64,000 nucleotides of DNA from Escherichia coli O157:H7 str. 2011EL-2287 (GCA_000614405.2 GCA_000614405.2_3612.1), one strand, 5' to 3'; numbered from the stretch's first letter, positions 9,669 to 18,887 are shown. The notes: generated by a model not told the origin, from the letters alone. Made by a program: numbers and translations.

Positions 9669-10085
9669 ATGACATTAGAAGATATCATTGTTAAACCTGA
9701 GAACTATGACCAATACAACCTGTCAACTCAATCTGTAGACCTCGGATGCGCCACAGTCAGTGCATGGCTGGTTAACGGAAAAGAGCTTGACGAGTGCCTG
9801 GAAGCACACATGTCGGTGAATAAATTTCTTGATGAAAATACCCACTGGATAGAGGGTGCAGGAGTATATGCTTCATGGTTGGAGAGTATGGGATTCGACT
9901 ACCAATCTGAAGAGGGGTGGTGGAGCTATTTAGCTGTCTGCCCAGAGACGCTGCAATGCTTCATGAAATATTCTGAAGATTTGGAGTACCGGGCGGTGGT
10001 TGATAGTGCCATTGCCCGTTATAGCCGTAAACCTTTTTCCCACGACATTAAAACTGTGGAAGAATTTGTTGAAGTTTTCTGTTGA
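9669..10085 (+). CDS. hypothetical protein
   Basis: ORF with SD AAGGAGA upstream. Confidence 0.5.
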   Translation: MTLEDIIVKPENYDQYNLSTQSVDLGCATVSAWLVNGKELDECLEAHMSVNKFLDENTHWIEGAGVYASWLESMGFDYQSEEGWWSYLAVCPETLQCFMKYSEDLEYRAVVDSAIARYSRKPFSHDIKTVEEFVEVFC

Positions 10086-10181
10086 CACAGGTTGAAAGGT
10101 GTGCAATTATAACTTCATATAACGGGAGGACGCGATGAACGAAGAAAACTGGGATGTATAACTAACAGGAGGCCACTGCCC

Positions 10182-10379
10182 ATGATTTATCGAATCCGTG
10201 TAAGAGAAGACGCACCAGGCTGTTACTTTGACTGGCGTGGGTGGTGGTTTCTCCACCCAATGGATGGACTCACAGATAGAATGCTGGATGCTGCCCTTTA
10301 CACAGATACCGACATAGAATATAATCTCTATCTGAAGGACGGTATAGATAACGGCCTGTTTGAAGCAATTCCTGTGTAA
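10182..10379 (+). CDS. hypothetical protein
   Basis: ORF with SD AGGAGG upstream. Confidence 0.45.
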   Translation: MIYRIRVREDAPGCYFDWRGWWFLHPMDGLTDRMLDAALYTDTDIEYNLYLKDGIDNGLFEAIPV

Positions 10380-10447
10380 GAGACTGTGATAACTATGTTT
10401 TATGATCTTCCTGTAGCGCCACCACCTGTTGAACCCGGAGAACTAAG

Positions 10448-10873
10448 ATGATCTATGAAATGCCAAAACTGATTCGTGACGATGCCCAAAACGCTCACAC
10501 CATTATTATGGGCAAACGCATGGATATTATTTGTCATAAAGATTTCTGGGAAGGAAGTTACTTCACAGAGTATTTTGGTAAACTGGACAATGGTCTGCTG
10601 ATCCAGTTCTACACCGATGCGGAAAACAATATCTGCTGGGAGTTCGAAACTGAAGATATCCATAAACTTTTCACCTTCCTCGGTATTAAGGTTGAGGCCA
10701 AGTTTGAAGAAGGTGAGTGCGACGATTGTGGATTCTACGAGGTAACAGATTTCTACCTCCCGAGCGGTGAGAACCTTTACTATGAAAGCCACTTCGGTAA
10801 CTCCAATATGCCACAGTGCTGGACTGAGTTTTTTGAAATTGCGGAAGAGGAGCTGGCATACCGTGATTATTGA
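10448..10873 (+). CDS. hypothetical protein
   Basis: ORF with SD GGAGA upstream. Confidence 0.5.
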   Translation: MIYEMPKLIRDDAQNAHTIIMGKRMDIICHKDFWEGSYFTEYFGKLDNGLLIQFYTDAENNICWEFETEDIHKLFTFLGIKVEAKFEEGECDDCGFYEVTDFYLPSGENLYYESHFGNSNMPQCWTEFFEIAEEELAYRDY

Positions 10874-11321
10874 TACTGTAGGGGGAGATCTAATCTCTCT
10901 TTTCAAGAAAGGGTCGGGCCACATGATCCACGGTTGTAACTGCTTTCACACAATGGGTGCAGGCATAGCGAAAGACATTGCCCGTGAGTTCCCTCAAGCA
11001 CTGGCAGCCGACAAAGAGACTGCTTATGGTAATCTAGACAAGCTGGGTATGTTTTCTTGTTGGGAGCATTTTGCCAAGAACAGGGCCGTATATGGAATCA
11101 ACCTGTATACCCAGTTCTACCCAGGGCCCAATGCTGAATACTTCTCAATCATGAAAGGTTTTGAGCGAGTCAACGAGGTATTCAAAGGTGTGTCATTGCC
11201 GTTCTACATTCCTAAAATCGGATGCGGTATTGGCGGTCTAAAGTGGGAACATGTAGAAGATGTAATTAATCTTGCAACCACAGATATTGATGTGGTTGTA
11301 GTAGAGTACAAAAAGTGTTGA
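10863..11321 (+). CDS. macro domain protein (ADP-ribose binding/processing), probable GTG start
   Basis: IDTVGGDLISLF...HMIHGCNCFHTMGAGIAKDIAREFP matches macro-domain core; GAGGAG SD 9 nt before GTG 10863. Confidence 0.6.
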   Translation: MIIDTVGGDLISLFKKGSGHMIHGCNCFHTMGAGIAKDIAREFPQALAADKETAYGNLDKLGMFSCWEHFAKNRAVYGINLYTQFYPGPNAEYFSIMKGFERVNEVFKGVSLPFYIPKIGCGIGGLKWEHVEDVINLATTDIDVVVVEYKKC

Positions 11322-11572
11322 CGACCATCTTCTGAGGTGATATAGTCTCCACAACAACTAAGAGAGGAGAGCACTGTGGAGACTAAAATCTTAATTCTTG
11401 CTGTGGTAGATACAACCGAAGGAGCTATATTCGAATCTGCAGGAGGGTATTTCTACCTACCATACGGAAAAAGAACTTCCGAGCCAAGTAAAGATTCAAT
11501 CCGCAAAGTGTTCCCGTGTGCTTTCTGGCTGGAGATTTTGGTATAAGATTGCAGAGGATTTGGGAGAGAATT

Positions 11573-11767
11573 ATGAGAAACAAGAAAGAGCTTTACTCTG
11601 GTGAGTGGATCAACGATCAACAGGTGGGAGAGGTAACCTGCTTCCGATGTTTTACCAGGTACAATCTTAAAACTGCACCAAAAAGTGTTCCAAAGACTGA
11701 TGGTTATTACATAAAAGAACCTTATTGCCCAAAATGTAAATGCCGATTATACTGGAGTAACCTGTAA
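11573..11767 (+). CDS. small zinc-ribbon protein
   Basis: ORF with SD GGGAGAG; two CxxC pairs (CFRC, CPKCKC). Confidence 0.5.
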   Translation: MRNKKELYSGEWINDQQVGEVTCFRCFTRYNLKTAPKSVPKTDGYYIKEPYCPKCKCRLYWSNL

Positions 11768-11830
11768 AAGATTGACATCTGAAAACTGCAGTGTATAATA
11801 TATGCATAAACTAACAGAGAGTGATGTATT

Positions 11831-12022
11831 ATGGTAATTTTTAACCGGGATGGTATCATAGTTAGACAGCACCCGTTCCTTGAATACTATCAAATTGAGC
11901 AATGGTGCTACGGGGATTGCAGTCACTCCTATGGGCAAAGTTGGGGATATCGTACAGTTTTTGAATCCACAGACCTTGACAAAGTAAGACAGAAAGTTTT
12001 AGAACTTATTAACAACAAGTGA
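11831..12022 (+). CDS. hypothetical protein
   Basis: ORF with SD GAGAG upstream. Confidence 0.4.
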   Translation: MVIFNRDGIIVRQHPFLEYYQIEQWCYGDCSHSYGQSWGYRTVFESTDLDKVRQKVLELINNK

Positions 12023-12029
12023 GTATGAT

Positions 12030-12362
12030 ATGGTAACATTAGAAAGACGTAAAGCTATCGCCGCCACACTGGCAGACATCTTTTGGGAGTGCAATTTAAA
12101 AGATACTAGATATTGTGGCGCATCTGTAGATGCATTGTTCCCACGGCCTACTATTGTTGCAATGGGCAACCTGCTCGATGTGGTATATGGAGCATGGGAC
12201 AAGGAAGGTGGATTCTATATCTGGCAACCTGACTACGGGACTTGGAAAGAGGTTAGTGGTTCTTCGGACTTCACTCCTGCAGTGGCTAAAATGGATGGCT
12301 GGAAAATCTATGTCGGTAACGACATGGAACTGAAAGGCGAAATTGTTTACTGGTTACCTTAA
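12030..12362 (+). CDS. hypothetical protein
   Basis: ORF. Confidence 0.5.
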   Translation: MVTLERRKAIAATLADIFWECNLKDTRYCGASVDALFPRPTIVAMGNLLDVVYGAWDKEGGFYIWQPDYGTWKEVSGSSDFTPAVAKMDGWKIYVGNDMELKGEIVYWLP

Positions 12363-12383
12363 GAAAGTCCAGGAGATAAAGTT

Positions 12384-12629
12384 ATGAACAAAGGGTGGAC
12401 ATTTGTAGACGGCGTTAAAAACATGCCTCTAGGAAAGTATATTGTAGCCATGGCAGATGAGAATGGCAATGTGGATTTCGGAGCTTGCGAGGTTGTTCTT
12501 GCAGGATCTGGTAACTATGTGGACAAAACCGGGATAATTAACGGTCAGTTCTACTTTGATCACAACCCTGTTGTAGCGTATATGGCTATGCCAGAGTTCA
12601 AGTTCCCAAAGGAGGGTGCAGATGTTTAA
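12384..12629 (+). CDS. hypothetical protein
   Basis: ORF with SD AGGAGA upstream. Confidence 0.5.
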   Translation: MNKGWTFVDGVKNMPLGKYIVAMADENGNVDFGACEVVLAGSGNYVDKTGIINGQFYFDHNPVVAYMAMPEFKFPKEGADV

Positions 12630-12819
12630 GCTTAAATCTGCATGGAACATCGCTGTGGGGGACGAGATCCGTATCCCAGGTGGAAAGACCATTATGAAGA
12701 TATCTCGTATCGAGTACGAAGGTGATCGTGTATTTCATATCTTTGCAGAGGATGGTCGAGAAATTTATATACAGGCAGGCTCTCACATCTATATTCGTAA
12801 GAAAGGGGACGACAAATGA
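12616..12819 (+). CDS. hypothetical protein
   Basis: ORF with SD AAGGAGGG upstream. Confidence 0.5.
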   Translation: MQMFKLKSAWNIAVGDEIRIPGGKTIMKISRIEYEGDRVFHIFAEDGREIYIQAGSHIYIRKKGDDK

Positions 12820-13145
12820 CAGAGATCATCATTTCAACTGCAGGGTATGTGTTCCTGACAATCATTGCACTGACCATTCTGGTGGTGGTATATGGAATTG
12901 TTATTCTCCCTATTCTTGAGACAATTAGTTTGTGTCGGTGTTGGAGAAAGGCTTACGGTCCACAGCCGTGGAAGGACTGGCCCCACCTGGTGCACATAGC
13001 GTTCTCTTATGCTTATGATCACGCCAGCAGTGCATGCATAACCGGGTATCACGCCCACAACTGGAGCTGGGAAGGGTTGAGGAAATGGAATGTTACAAAG
13101 ACCATACCTCTGCGCATGTACAAACCTAAAAACAAAGACAGCTGA
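12816..13145 (+). CDS. hypothetical membrane protein
   Basis: ORF; hydrophobic N-terminal segment LTIIALTILVVVYGIVILPIL. Confidence 0.5.
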   Translation: MTEIIISTAGYVFLTIIALTILVVVYGIVILPILETISLCRCWRKAYGPQPWKDWPHLVHIAFSYAYDHASSACITGYHAHNWSWEGLRKWNVTKTIPLRMYKPKNKDS

Positions 13146-13740
13146 TACTTGAAAATTCCTGGCATATCAAGTATAAGGGGGATTTCTAAAATGGATTTCC
13201 TCCTTTTGATATTTCACCGGGCCGGATATTTTAAAATTCTTAGAAAATCAGAAAATGGATCGAAAACTAAAATGGATTTTTCAGAGTAGGCGCGACAAGC
13301 TGAATAACTCATCCTATCGTTTGCACCATATTCCAGACCACCATTATAGATTTCCCGCACATGCTTACATCTCGCTACTAGAACTTCCTCCACTTACCCT
13401 TGACCTTTTATAGCAATAATCCAACCACTATCTTGAAGTTGCGGTGCAGCTTTCCAGGTACTCGATCTGTTTTTCGTTTCAAAGATTGAATTTTCTGAAA
13501 ATTTTTCTCGATAAATTTCTCAGTACTCGATCTGTTTTTCGTTTTCTGAATCGGATTTTCTGGAAATCGCTCCGGCTCTTGGCCTAAACTTTTTGGGGAC
13601 GAAATCGATTTTTCGTTTTCAGAAATGGATTTTTAAAATTTCTATATGGGAATATTTTAGTGGATACTATTTTATAGGAAATTGTTACGGAGGGTAATTA
13701 GCGTGCTAATTAAATTTATTAAATGCGAGGAGTTCTCATT
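13146..13740. repeat. ORF-free AT-rich region with iteron-like direct repeats (candidate replication origin or control region)
   Basis: AAAATGGAT(T) motif at least 4 times; 22-bp direct repeat GTACTCGATCTGTTTTTCGTTT twice (about 13459 and 13523); GATTTTCTGGAAA-type repeats; no ORF with SD. Confidence 0.5.
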
Positions 13741-13748
13741 TAGAATTT

Positions 13749-13766
13749 TGAATGATAATCATTCTC
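13749..13766 (+). promoter_or_regulatory. Fur-box-like operator 1
   Basis: TGAATGATAATCATTCTC, about 15/19 match to GATAATGATAATCATTATC consensus. Confidence 0.4.
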
Positions 13767-13865
13767 GTTTGCAGAATAACGGGCAGGCCCGGTGATTGTC
13801 TCCCGGCCCCTACTGCCCCGGCTTGTTATTATAGTAACACACAGGACAAAGAAAGCAAGAAGTTT

Positions 13866-13902
13866 TTGCATAAATTTTTAGACGATAATGATAATCGTTC
13901 TC
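13866..13902 (+). promoter_or_regulatory. sigma70-like promoter (TTGCAT-N18-GATAAT) overlapped by Fur-box-like operator 2
   Basis: GATAATGATAATCGTTCTC is 17/19 to Fur consensus and overlaps the -10 hexamer, the classic Fur-repressed architecture. Confidence 0.45.
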
Positions 13903-14164
13903 ATTTCATGCAGCGCCCATCCCCGGTGGTTGTCTCCCCCGTCACCGGTGCCTGCCGTCCTTTCGATAGGTATATTTTGCCACCTGGCGGGGCCGCTGTC
14001 AACACTTTTCAAAAAAAAAAATTTCTAACCTGATGCGCTGACCGCTGCAACCTGGCGGGGCCAGCCTGGCAGGGCCTAACTGACCAGGTAGGAGAGAATG
14101 AAGGCTTGCAAACCTGGTGGGCCTATGCTATAGGATAGGTAACAATTGAAGAGGAGGTACAAAA

Positions 14165-14341
14165 ATGGAAGGTAATATGATCCCCCTGGAAAATGTAGCT
14201 ATTAATGACGCTGAGGCTATCGCCCTGGTTGAAAAGGCTATGGCGGGAGCGTTGGAACATAAAGAAGAGTACGAAAAAATGATGGTTAACCTGGCAGGGG
14301 CGGCGGCTGGAGAATTCTACCCAAAAAATAATTTTAACTAA
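14165..14341 (+). CDS. hypothetical small protein (58 aa)
   Basis: ORF below track cutoff; strong SD GAAGAGGAGG 7 nt before ATG. Confidence 0.5.
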   Translation: MEGNMIPLENVAINDAEAIALVEKAMAGALEHKEEYEKMMVNLAGAAAGEFYPKNNFN

Positions 14342-14344
14342 TGG

Positions 14345-14373
14345 TTGACAGCTCGGACAGTTCTTGTTATTCT
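14345..14373 (+). promoter_or_regulatory. sigma70-like promoter
   Basis: TTGACA-N17-TATTCT upstream of gene at 14429. Confidence 0.5.
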
Positions 14374-14428
14374 TATCCTCGCAAGGTGAACAACACCACA
14401 CCAATTAACAGAGAGGATAAAAAAAATC

Positions 14429-14626
14429 ATGAACGCCTACGGAATTAAAGTACGTCGCAACACTCGCCAGGTGGTCACCAATCAAGTGATTTGCCGGGTG
14501 GATGTAACCATCAACAACGGGCAAGGCCTTTATAAATTTCGTCGCGGTCATAGCTATACCCTGCAACAGCTTAACCGTTGCGCCCTGACAAAAGGTCAGA
14601 TCAACCACTGGTTTAATAAAAAATAA
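14429..14626 (+). CDS. hypothetical protein
   Basis: ORF with SD GAGAGGA and own promoter. Confidence 0.55.
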   Translation: MNAYGIKVRRNTRQVVTNQVICRVDVTINNGQGLYKFRRGHSYTLQQLNRCALTKGQINHWFNKK

Positions 14627-14628
14627 TG

Positions 14629-14657
14629 TTGACATATGGTCTGACACAAAATACACT
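14629..14657 (+). promoter_or_regulatory. sigma70-like promoter
   Basis: TTGACA-N17-TACACT upstream of gene at 14690. Confidence 0.5.
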
Positions 14658-14689
14658 GAAATCGCAAAAGACACTAAGAGGATAAAATC

Positions 14690-15088
14690 ATGAAAACCAC
14701 TACCTTTAATTTTGATAATGCGGACTTTTCTTTTTCTGATGTCAAGAACTGCCGCCGTGATCGTGGATTTTACAAGGCTTATAATCTGGTGGGCCTGGAC
14801 GATGACAATAATTTGCACGAAGTAGCTGAGATCCGGTATTATGCCGCCGCCAGTGGTAACACTCACTACTGCGTGTTTTGGATTCACGACAACAAGAACA
14901 ATAAGTACGGTTATACTGGCGGCAAGGCGAGCGGTCACGGTTACGATAAAGCTAACGCAGCACTTGAGAGTGCATTAAATGCTATGGGGATCACTGCCGA
15001 CGGCTGGATCTACGAAGAAGAGTTTTTGTCGGCACTTGCTGACCACCTGGGCTATAAAAAGCACATTGTGACATGCGCCCACGAATAA
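14690..15088 (+). CDS. hypothetical protein
   Basis: ORF with SD AAGAGGA. Confidence 0.55.
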   Translation: MKTTTFNFDNADFSFSDVKNCRRDRGFYKAYNLVGLDDDNNLHEVAEIRYYAAASGNTHYCVFWIHDNKNNKYGYTGGKASGHGYDKANAALESALNAMGITADGWIYEEEFLSALADHLGYKKHIVTCAHE

Positions 15089-15094
15089 AAATCA

Positions 15095-15151
15095 TTGACA
15101 CGCTGCAAAATTTAAGTAAACTAGACACAAAAGGCGGGAATGTTTCCCGCC
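15095..15151 (+). promoter_or_regulatory. sigma70-like promoter followed by leader stem-loop GGCGGGAATGTTTCCCGCC
   Basis: TTGACA-N16-TAAACT; 7-bp GC stem in leader; not followed by a U tract. Confidence 0.5.
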
Positions 15152-15170
15152 AGCACAAAGGAAAAAGATC

Positions 15171-15575
15171 ATGAATAAGAACGTACGCCGCATCATGAAC
15201 GAACTGGCAAACGATGAAAAAATTATTGACATGCACTTAGTGAACATTTGCCGCCGTTGTGTAACCTATAACAACCGCGCCGCAAAAGCGCGTGAGATGA
15301 ACGCAAAAGGCACCTTAAAGCCCTTCCAGGTGGTGGTAAAGGCCATTAAAGATGTAGCTAATACGGCAAACCAGGTACAGGGGAACACCAACGAGAGTAC
15401 CAATATTGATCCGGCTTACATCATGAAACGGATCCGGACCTGCAAGAACAAAGAGCAAGTGTATAACGTCATAGACTGGTTGGATTCCATGGGCGACGTG
15501 GTTTATAATAGGTTTTCTGCAGCCATTGAGATCCAGCTAGACAGGTTGGACGGGAAAGTACTAAAAACTTATTGA
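15171..15575 (+). CDS. hypothetical protein
   Basis: ORF with SD AAAGGAAAAAG. Confidence 0.55.
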   Translation: MNKNVRRIMNELANDEKIIDMHLVNICRRCVTYNNRAAKAREMNAKGTLKPFQVVVKAIKDVANTANQVQGNTNESTNIDPAYIMKRIRTCKNKEQVYNVIDWLDSMGDVVYNRFSAAIEIQLDRLDGKVLKTY

Positions 15576-15577
15576 GT

Positions 15578-15622
15578 TTATTTTTAGATGGCCTTGACTC
15601 CAGGGCCATCGATAAAGTAAAC
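15578..15622 (+). repeat. about 45-bp intergenic repeat element, copy 1 (TTATTTTTAGATGGCCTTGACTCCAGGGCCATCxATAAAGTAAA)
   Basis: Near-identical copies at about 16197, 19942 and a divergent one at 16533; each directly follows a stop codon; contains imperfect hairpin and TTGACT hexamer. Confidence 0.6.
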
Positions 15623-15655
15623 TAATCTCAGTTAAGCGAAAAAGGGGGCTTTAAG

Positions 15656-15775
15656 ATGGGCACTACACGCCAATACACAAAGGTAACTATTATCGTCTGC
15701 GTTGTCGGTTACATCCTGGCGCAAATGTTAATGAGTAGCGCTAACAGTTTTGCAAAATTTTTCTTAAATTTTTAA
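15656..15775 (+). CDS. hypothetical small hydrophobic peptide (39 aa)
   Basis: ORF below cutoff; SD AAAGGGGG; hydrophobic core VTIIVCVVGYILAQML. Confidence 0.35.
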   Translation: MGTTRQYTKVTIIVCVVGYILAQMLMSSANSFAKFFLNF

Positions 15776-15854
15776 TTGACAAGCTAACTTAGATCGGTAT
15801 ACTTAAACCCGTAAACGGGAAAACTTCCCAGAACACACAAAAGGAGAAAACACC

Positions 15855-16196
15855 ATGACCACTATGACCGCCGCAGAAAAAGCTATTCAGGTTGCCGCAC
15901 TGAAAAAACAGATCGCAGACCTTGAGAACAAGATCGATACCTTTGAAATCGACGAGGACAAGTACGACGAAAACTATGATGAATGGTTAGACGAGATCTA
16001 CGGAGAAATCATGATCGGAAACATTTCTTTTCTTCCGTCGCGTATCCTCAAGGAGCTAGATCCTATCGCTTACCGCTGCGGATTTAGCGACTACATCGAC
16101 AGCCTGGATATTGAGGACGATGAAGAATACCAGGAATTACAGACAGAGTTAGAAGAAGCAAAAGAAGAGCTTGCGGAGCTGGAAGAAAACGAGTAA
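15855..16196 (+). CDS. hypothetical acidic protein
   Basis: ORF with SD AAGGAGAAAA and upstream TTGACA promoter plus hairpin. Confidence 0.55.
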   Translation: MTTMTAAEKAIQVAALKKQIADLENKIDTFEIDEDKYDENYDEWLDEIYGEIMIGNISFLPSRILKELDPIAYRCGFSDYIDSLDIEDDEEYQELQTELEEAKEELAELEENE

Positions 16197-16244
16197 GATT
16201 ATTTTTAGATGGCCTTGACTCCAGGGCCATCAATAAAGTAAACT
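16197..16244 (+). repeat. about 45-bp intergenic repeat element, copy 2
   Basis: See copy 1. Confidence 0.6.
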
Positions 16245-16285
16245 TTATACTGTTAACACTGAACTAATGCATAGGAGTTAAAACC

Positions 16286-16531
16286 ATGGCAGCACTAATC
16301 ACCAAATATTATGCCCCTACCAACACCAAAAGCGCCCGTATCATGGTAAAAGGCTTCGGACGTAAAAAGGTTTACACCTGGGATTATGCCTTAGACACGG
16401 AAGACAACTACACCAACGCGATGACAGATTTTATTAATGAGCTGAACACGCGGATCTTGACAAATTATAAAATTACCGATATTGCCTATATAGGGGAAGG
16501 CGGGATCTGTTTTGTCGGTATCGTCAAATAA
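16286..16531 (+). CDS. hypothetical protein
   Basis: ORF with SD AGGAG. Confidence 0.55.
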   Translation: MAALITKYYAPTNTKSARIMVKGFGRKKVYTWDYALDTEDNYTNAMTDFINELNTRILTNYKITDIAYIGEGGICFVGIVK

Positions 16532-16532
16532 G

Positions 16533-16580
16533 CTGTTTTTTCGGTGGTCCTGGTAGCAGGGCCATCTATAAAGATAGTTT
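16533..16580 (+). repeat. intergenic repeat element, divergent copy 3
   Basis: GGTGGTCCTGGTAGCAGGGCCATCTATAAAGATAG resembles copies 1, 2 and 4. Confidence 0.4.
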
Positions 16581-16606
16581 ATCAACACAATGAAAGGAGA
16601 AAGTAC

Positions 16607-16960
16607 ATGATCAGCGGGGCAAGTTTTATTATTGGCGCTATTGCTACGGCTTTAATTGTAAACAAGATCCAATCTAAAAACGAAAAAGAGAGCAACGCGC
16701 TCACAGAATACCCATTTTGGGTATTCAACGACAATGAAGACTACATTATCAAGTACAAGAATGAGAAGGGCGACCAGGTAACACCGCGACCGATCCCGGC
16801 TTACAAGATGCAAGAAACACTATACCGCCTAAAGGCTGGAGGCGCAAAAATCGTAGACTTTTGGGGATATGATTGCAAGGATCAGGAGGTTATAAAGCGC
16901 CGTATCCGGGCTATTCAGGCCAATATTGAAGTTAGCAAGGGGGGAATATATGAAGATTAA
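16607..16960 (+). CDS. hypothetical membrane-anchored protein
   Basis: ORF with SD AAAGGAGAAAG; N-terminal hydrophobic segment. Confidence 0.55.
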   Translation: MISGASFIIGAIATALIVNKIQSKNEKESNALTEYPFWVFNDNEDYIIKYKNEKGDQVTPRPIPAYKMQETLYRLKAGGAKIVDFWGYDCKDQEVIKRRIRAIQANIEVSKGGIYED

Positions 16961-17147
16961 TTTTGAGAAGATTGTAAAGCGATCTCATGATTCCGAAGAG
17001 CTGCCGGAACGACGCCAGCGTAACAATAAACTGAATAAGCCGAAAAGATTTGGGAAGATCTGGCGAAATCACTATGATCGCAAATTACCCAGCCTGCTTT
17101 TGGAACGTGAACGACAAGCGGAACGATACCGCCACAAAGACAAATAG
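16950..17147 (+). CDS. hypothetical basic protein
   Basis: ORF with SD AAGGGGGG. Confidence 0.45.
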   Translation: MKINFEKIVKRSHDSEELPERRQRNNKLNKPKRFGKIWRNHYDRKLPSLLLERERQAERYRHKDK

Positions 17148-17155
17148 CAACCAAC

Positions 17156-17182
17156 GCCCCGCCATTGTGCGGGGTTTTTTAT
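17156..17182 (+). terminator. rho-independent terminator
   Basis: GCCCCGC-loop-GCGGGG hairpin followed by TTTTTTAT. Confidence 0.7.
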
Positions 17183-17393
17183 TTCTATCCTACGAATAGC
17201 GCCCCTGGTTGGCCCCACAAACGCCACAAAAGCCCCTACCTATGCAATCCCCTTTATTAACCTGAAAACATCACCCAGGGCCGTTTTATGGTGTTAAAAA
17301 ATATCATTGACAGTGATTTTATTTAAAGCTTGACACCTTGGAATAGTCCGGATATACTAACCACATCAAAGCAAGAAGGAAGGAGTAAACGCC

Positions 17394-17654
17394 ATGCGTA
17401 AATTAAAAAATTTTGATAAAGTTGATGTTGTCCTGAATAATTTTTACTACTGCAATAACAAGGCCATTTGGTGGCGTGATAGTTCCACCGATAAAGTCAA
17501 GGCGCGCTTTCTCCAGGGGCACTGGCAAGGCCGTCCAGTGATTAAAATCATGGGGCAATTGGTAGCGTTTAAAAATTGCCGCCGTGTTGATGACGTTGAA
17601 GAGATTTTAAGCATTTTGCGCCACAATAATTTAAAAAATAGTGTTGACAAGTAA
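17394..17654 (+). CDS. hypothetical protein
   Basis: ORF with SD GAAGGAAGGAG; upstream TTGACA-N17-TATACT promoter. Confidence 0.55.
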   Translation: MRKLKNFDKVDVVLNNFYYCNNKAIWWRDSSTDKVKARFLQGHWQGRPVIKIMGQLVAFKNCRRVDDVEEILSILRHNNLKNSVDK

Positions 17655-17700
17655 ATCTCGATAAGTATACTTAAACACACAGGCGGGAAAACTTCCCGCC
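17644..17700 (+). promoter_or_regulatory. sigma70-like promoter followed by leader stem-loop GGCGGGAAAACTTCCCGCC
   Basis: TTGACA-N16-TATACT; GC hairpin near predicted transcript start. Confidence 0.55.
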
Positions 17701-17728
17701 ACTAACAAAGAAAATAGGAGAAAATATC

Positions 17729-18352
17729 ATGACCACCGTTAACATTACCACAGGTTACAATTTATCTTTCGACGTGCTGACCGATGAACAAAAAGAAAAA
17801 GCTATTGAAATGGTCCGCGAAAGAGAAGAACACAGCGGGGATAACTTTTTTGCAGAAAGTGTAATTGAAGACTATAAAGAACATATCTTTCCAGAGTATG
17901 GCCTTGAAGATACCAAGGTACATTGGTCCGGCTTTTGGTGCCAGGGCGACGGCGCGTCAATCAGTGCGGAAAACGTGGATTTAGAAAAATTCTTGCGTAA
18001 AGTCAAGTCTCTGACTAAATTCCGCTCAATTCGTCACTTGTTCGGCACAATGCACGATGGCGAGCTATCCGCAAGTGTTGAGCGTGATCCATATAGCCGC
18101 TATAGTCACGAAAATACTGTGAGCGGGTACATCGATACTACATGGCTAGACCTGACAGCCAAGCAAGAAAGTAAGGTTGAAGAGCTGGAAGAGTTGATCA
18201 CCGAGAACGTACGGGAACTATCCCGCAAGGTTTACGTAGACCTGGAGCAAGCTTATCTTGAACAATTTACTACCGAAAACCTGATCGGCCTTATCGAGGC
18301 CAATGATTGGCGGTTTGATGTGGATGAATATGGAGAGATGAGTTTTTCATAA
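17729..18352 (+). CDS. hypothetical protein
   Basis: 207-aa ORF with SD ATAGGAGAAAA. Confidence 0.6.
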   Translation: MTTVNITTGYNLSFDVLTDEQKEKAIEMVREREEHSGDNFFAESVIEDYKEHIFPEYGLEDTKVHWSGFWCQGDGASISAENVDLEKFLRKVKSLTKFRSIRHLFGTMHDGELSASVERDPYSRYSHENTVSGYIDTTWLDLTAKQESKVEELEELITENVRELSRKVYVDLEQAYLEQFTTENLIGLIEANDWRFDVDEYGEMSFS

Positions 18353-18442
18353 ATAAAGTGTTGCAATAATCTAAAAACCTGCTATATTAAAACTCAAGGG
18401 GCAAGACGTTTGCCCCCCACACAAAACAAAGAGGAAAACATC

Positions 18443-18823
18443 ATGAAAAACACTACTAAAGCTATTGACACCGTCATGTTTAACCTGGTTACCTTTCGCG
18501 AGGATATGAAAGATCTTCCACGTGAAACAGTGTGCGATCACATTGAAAACTATCGCAAACTAATCAAAGAGTTGCCTTTAAAACGTGATCAGTATGCGGC
18601 TAACGCCATGCTTAATGCCATGATCAAAAAGATGATCCAGTGTGATTTAACTCTGGCCTATGACTATGCGGGTGGTCGTTTTGCAGTATACAATCAGCCC
18701 GTGCCCGGTATGGGCACCACCGAAGAATTGCACGCGTTAAATCTGAAGCAAGATGTATGGGATAACATGCCCCGCGTGGTGGTGTGGGCAGAAAGCGGAA
18801 AGATTTACGGCGATAATTTTTAA
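18443..18823 (+). CDS. hypothetical protein
   Basis: ORF with SD AAGAGGAAAA. Confidence 0.55.
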   Translation: MKNTTKAIDTVMFNLVTFREDMKDLPRETVCDHIENYRKLIKELPLKRDQYAANAMLNAMIKKMIQCDLTLAYDYAGGRFAVYNQPVPGMGTTEELHALNLKQDVWDNMPRVVVWAESGKIYGDNF

Positions 18824-18887
18824 TCAGGTAACAGGCGGCATATTTGCCGCCTTATTGTTAAACAGAGTTGCAAAAGAGGTACATAGA

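Noticed and set aside
13752-14033. 93-aa ORF spanning the Fur-box/repeat region
   Set aside because: Starts inside the Fur-box-like sequence with no SD; translation is Pro/Gly-rich and driven by the GC-rich repeats; region better explained as regulatory or ncRNA.
17148-17393. Possible gene in the 250-bp gap after the terminator at 17156
   Set aside because: No ORF with SD; region contains a terminator and the promoter (TTGACA-N17-TATACT) for the gene at 17394.
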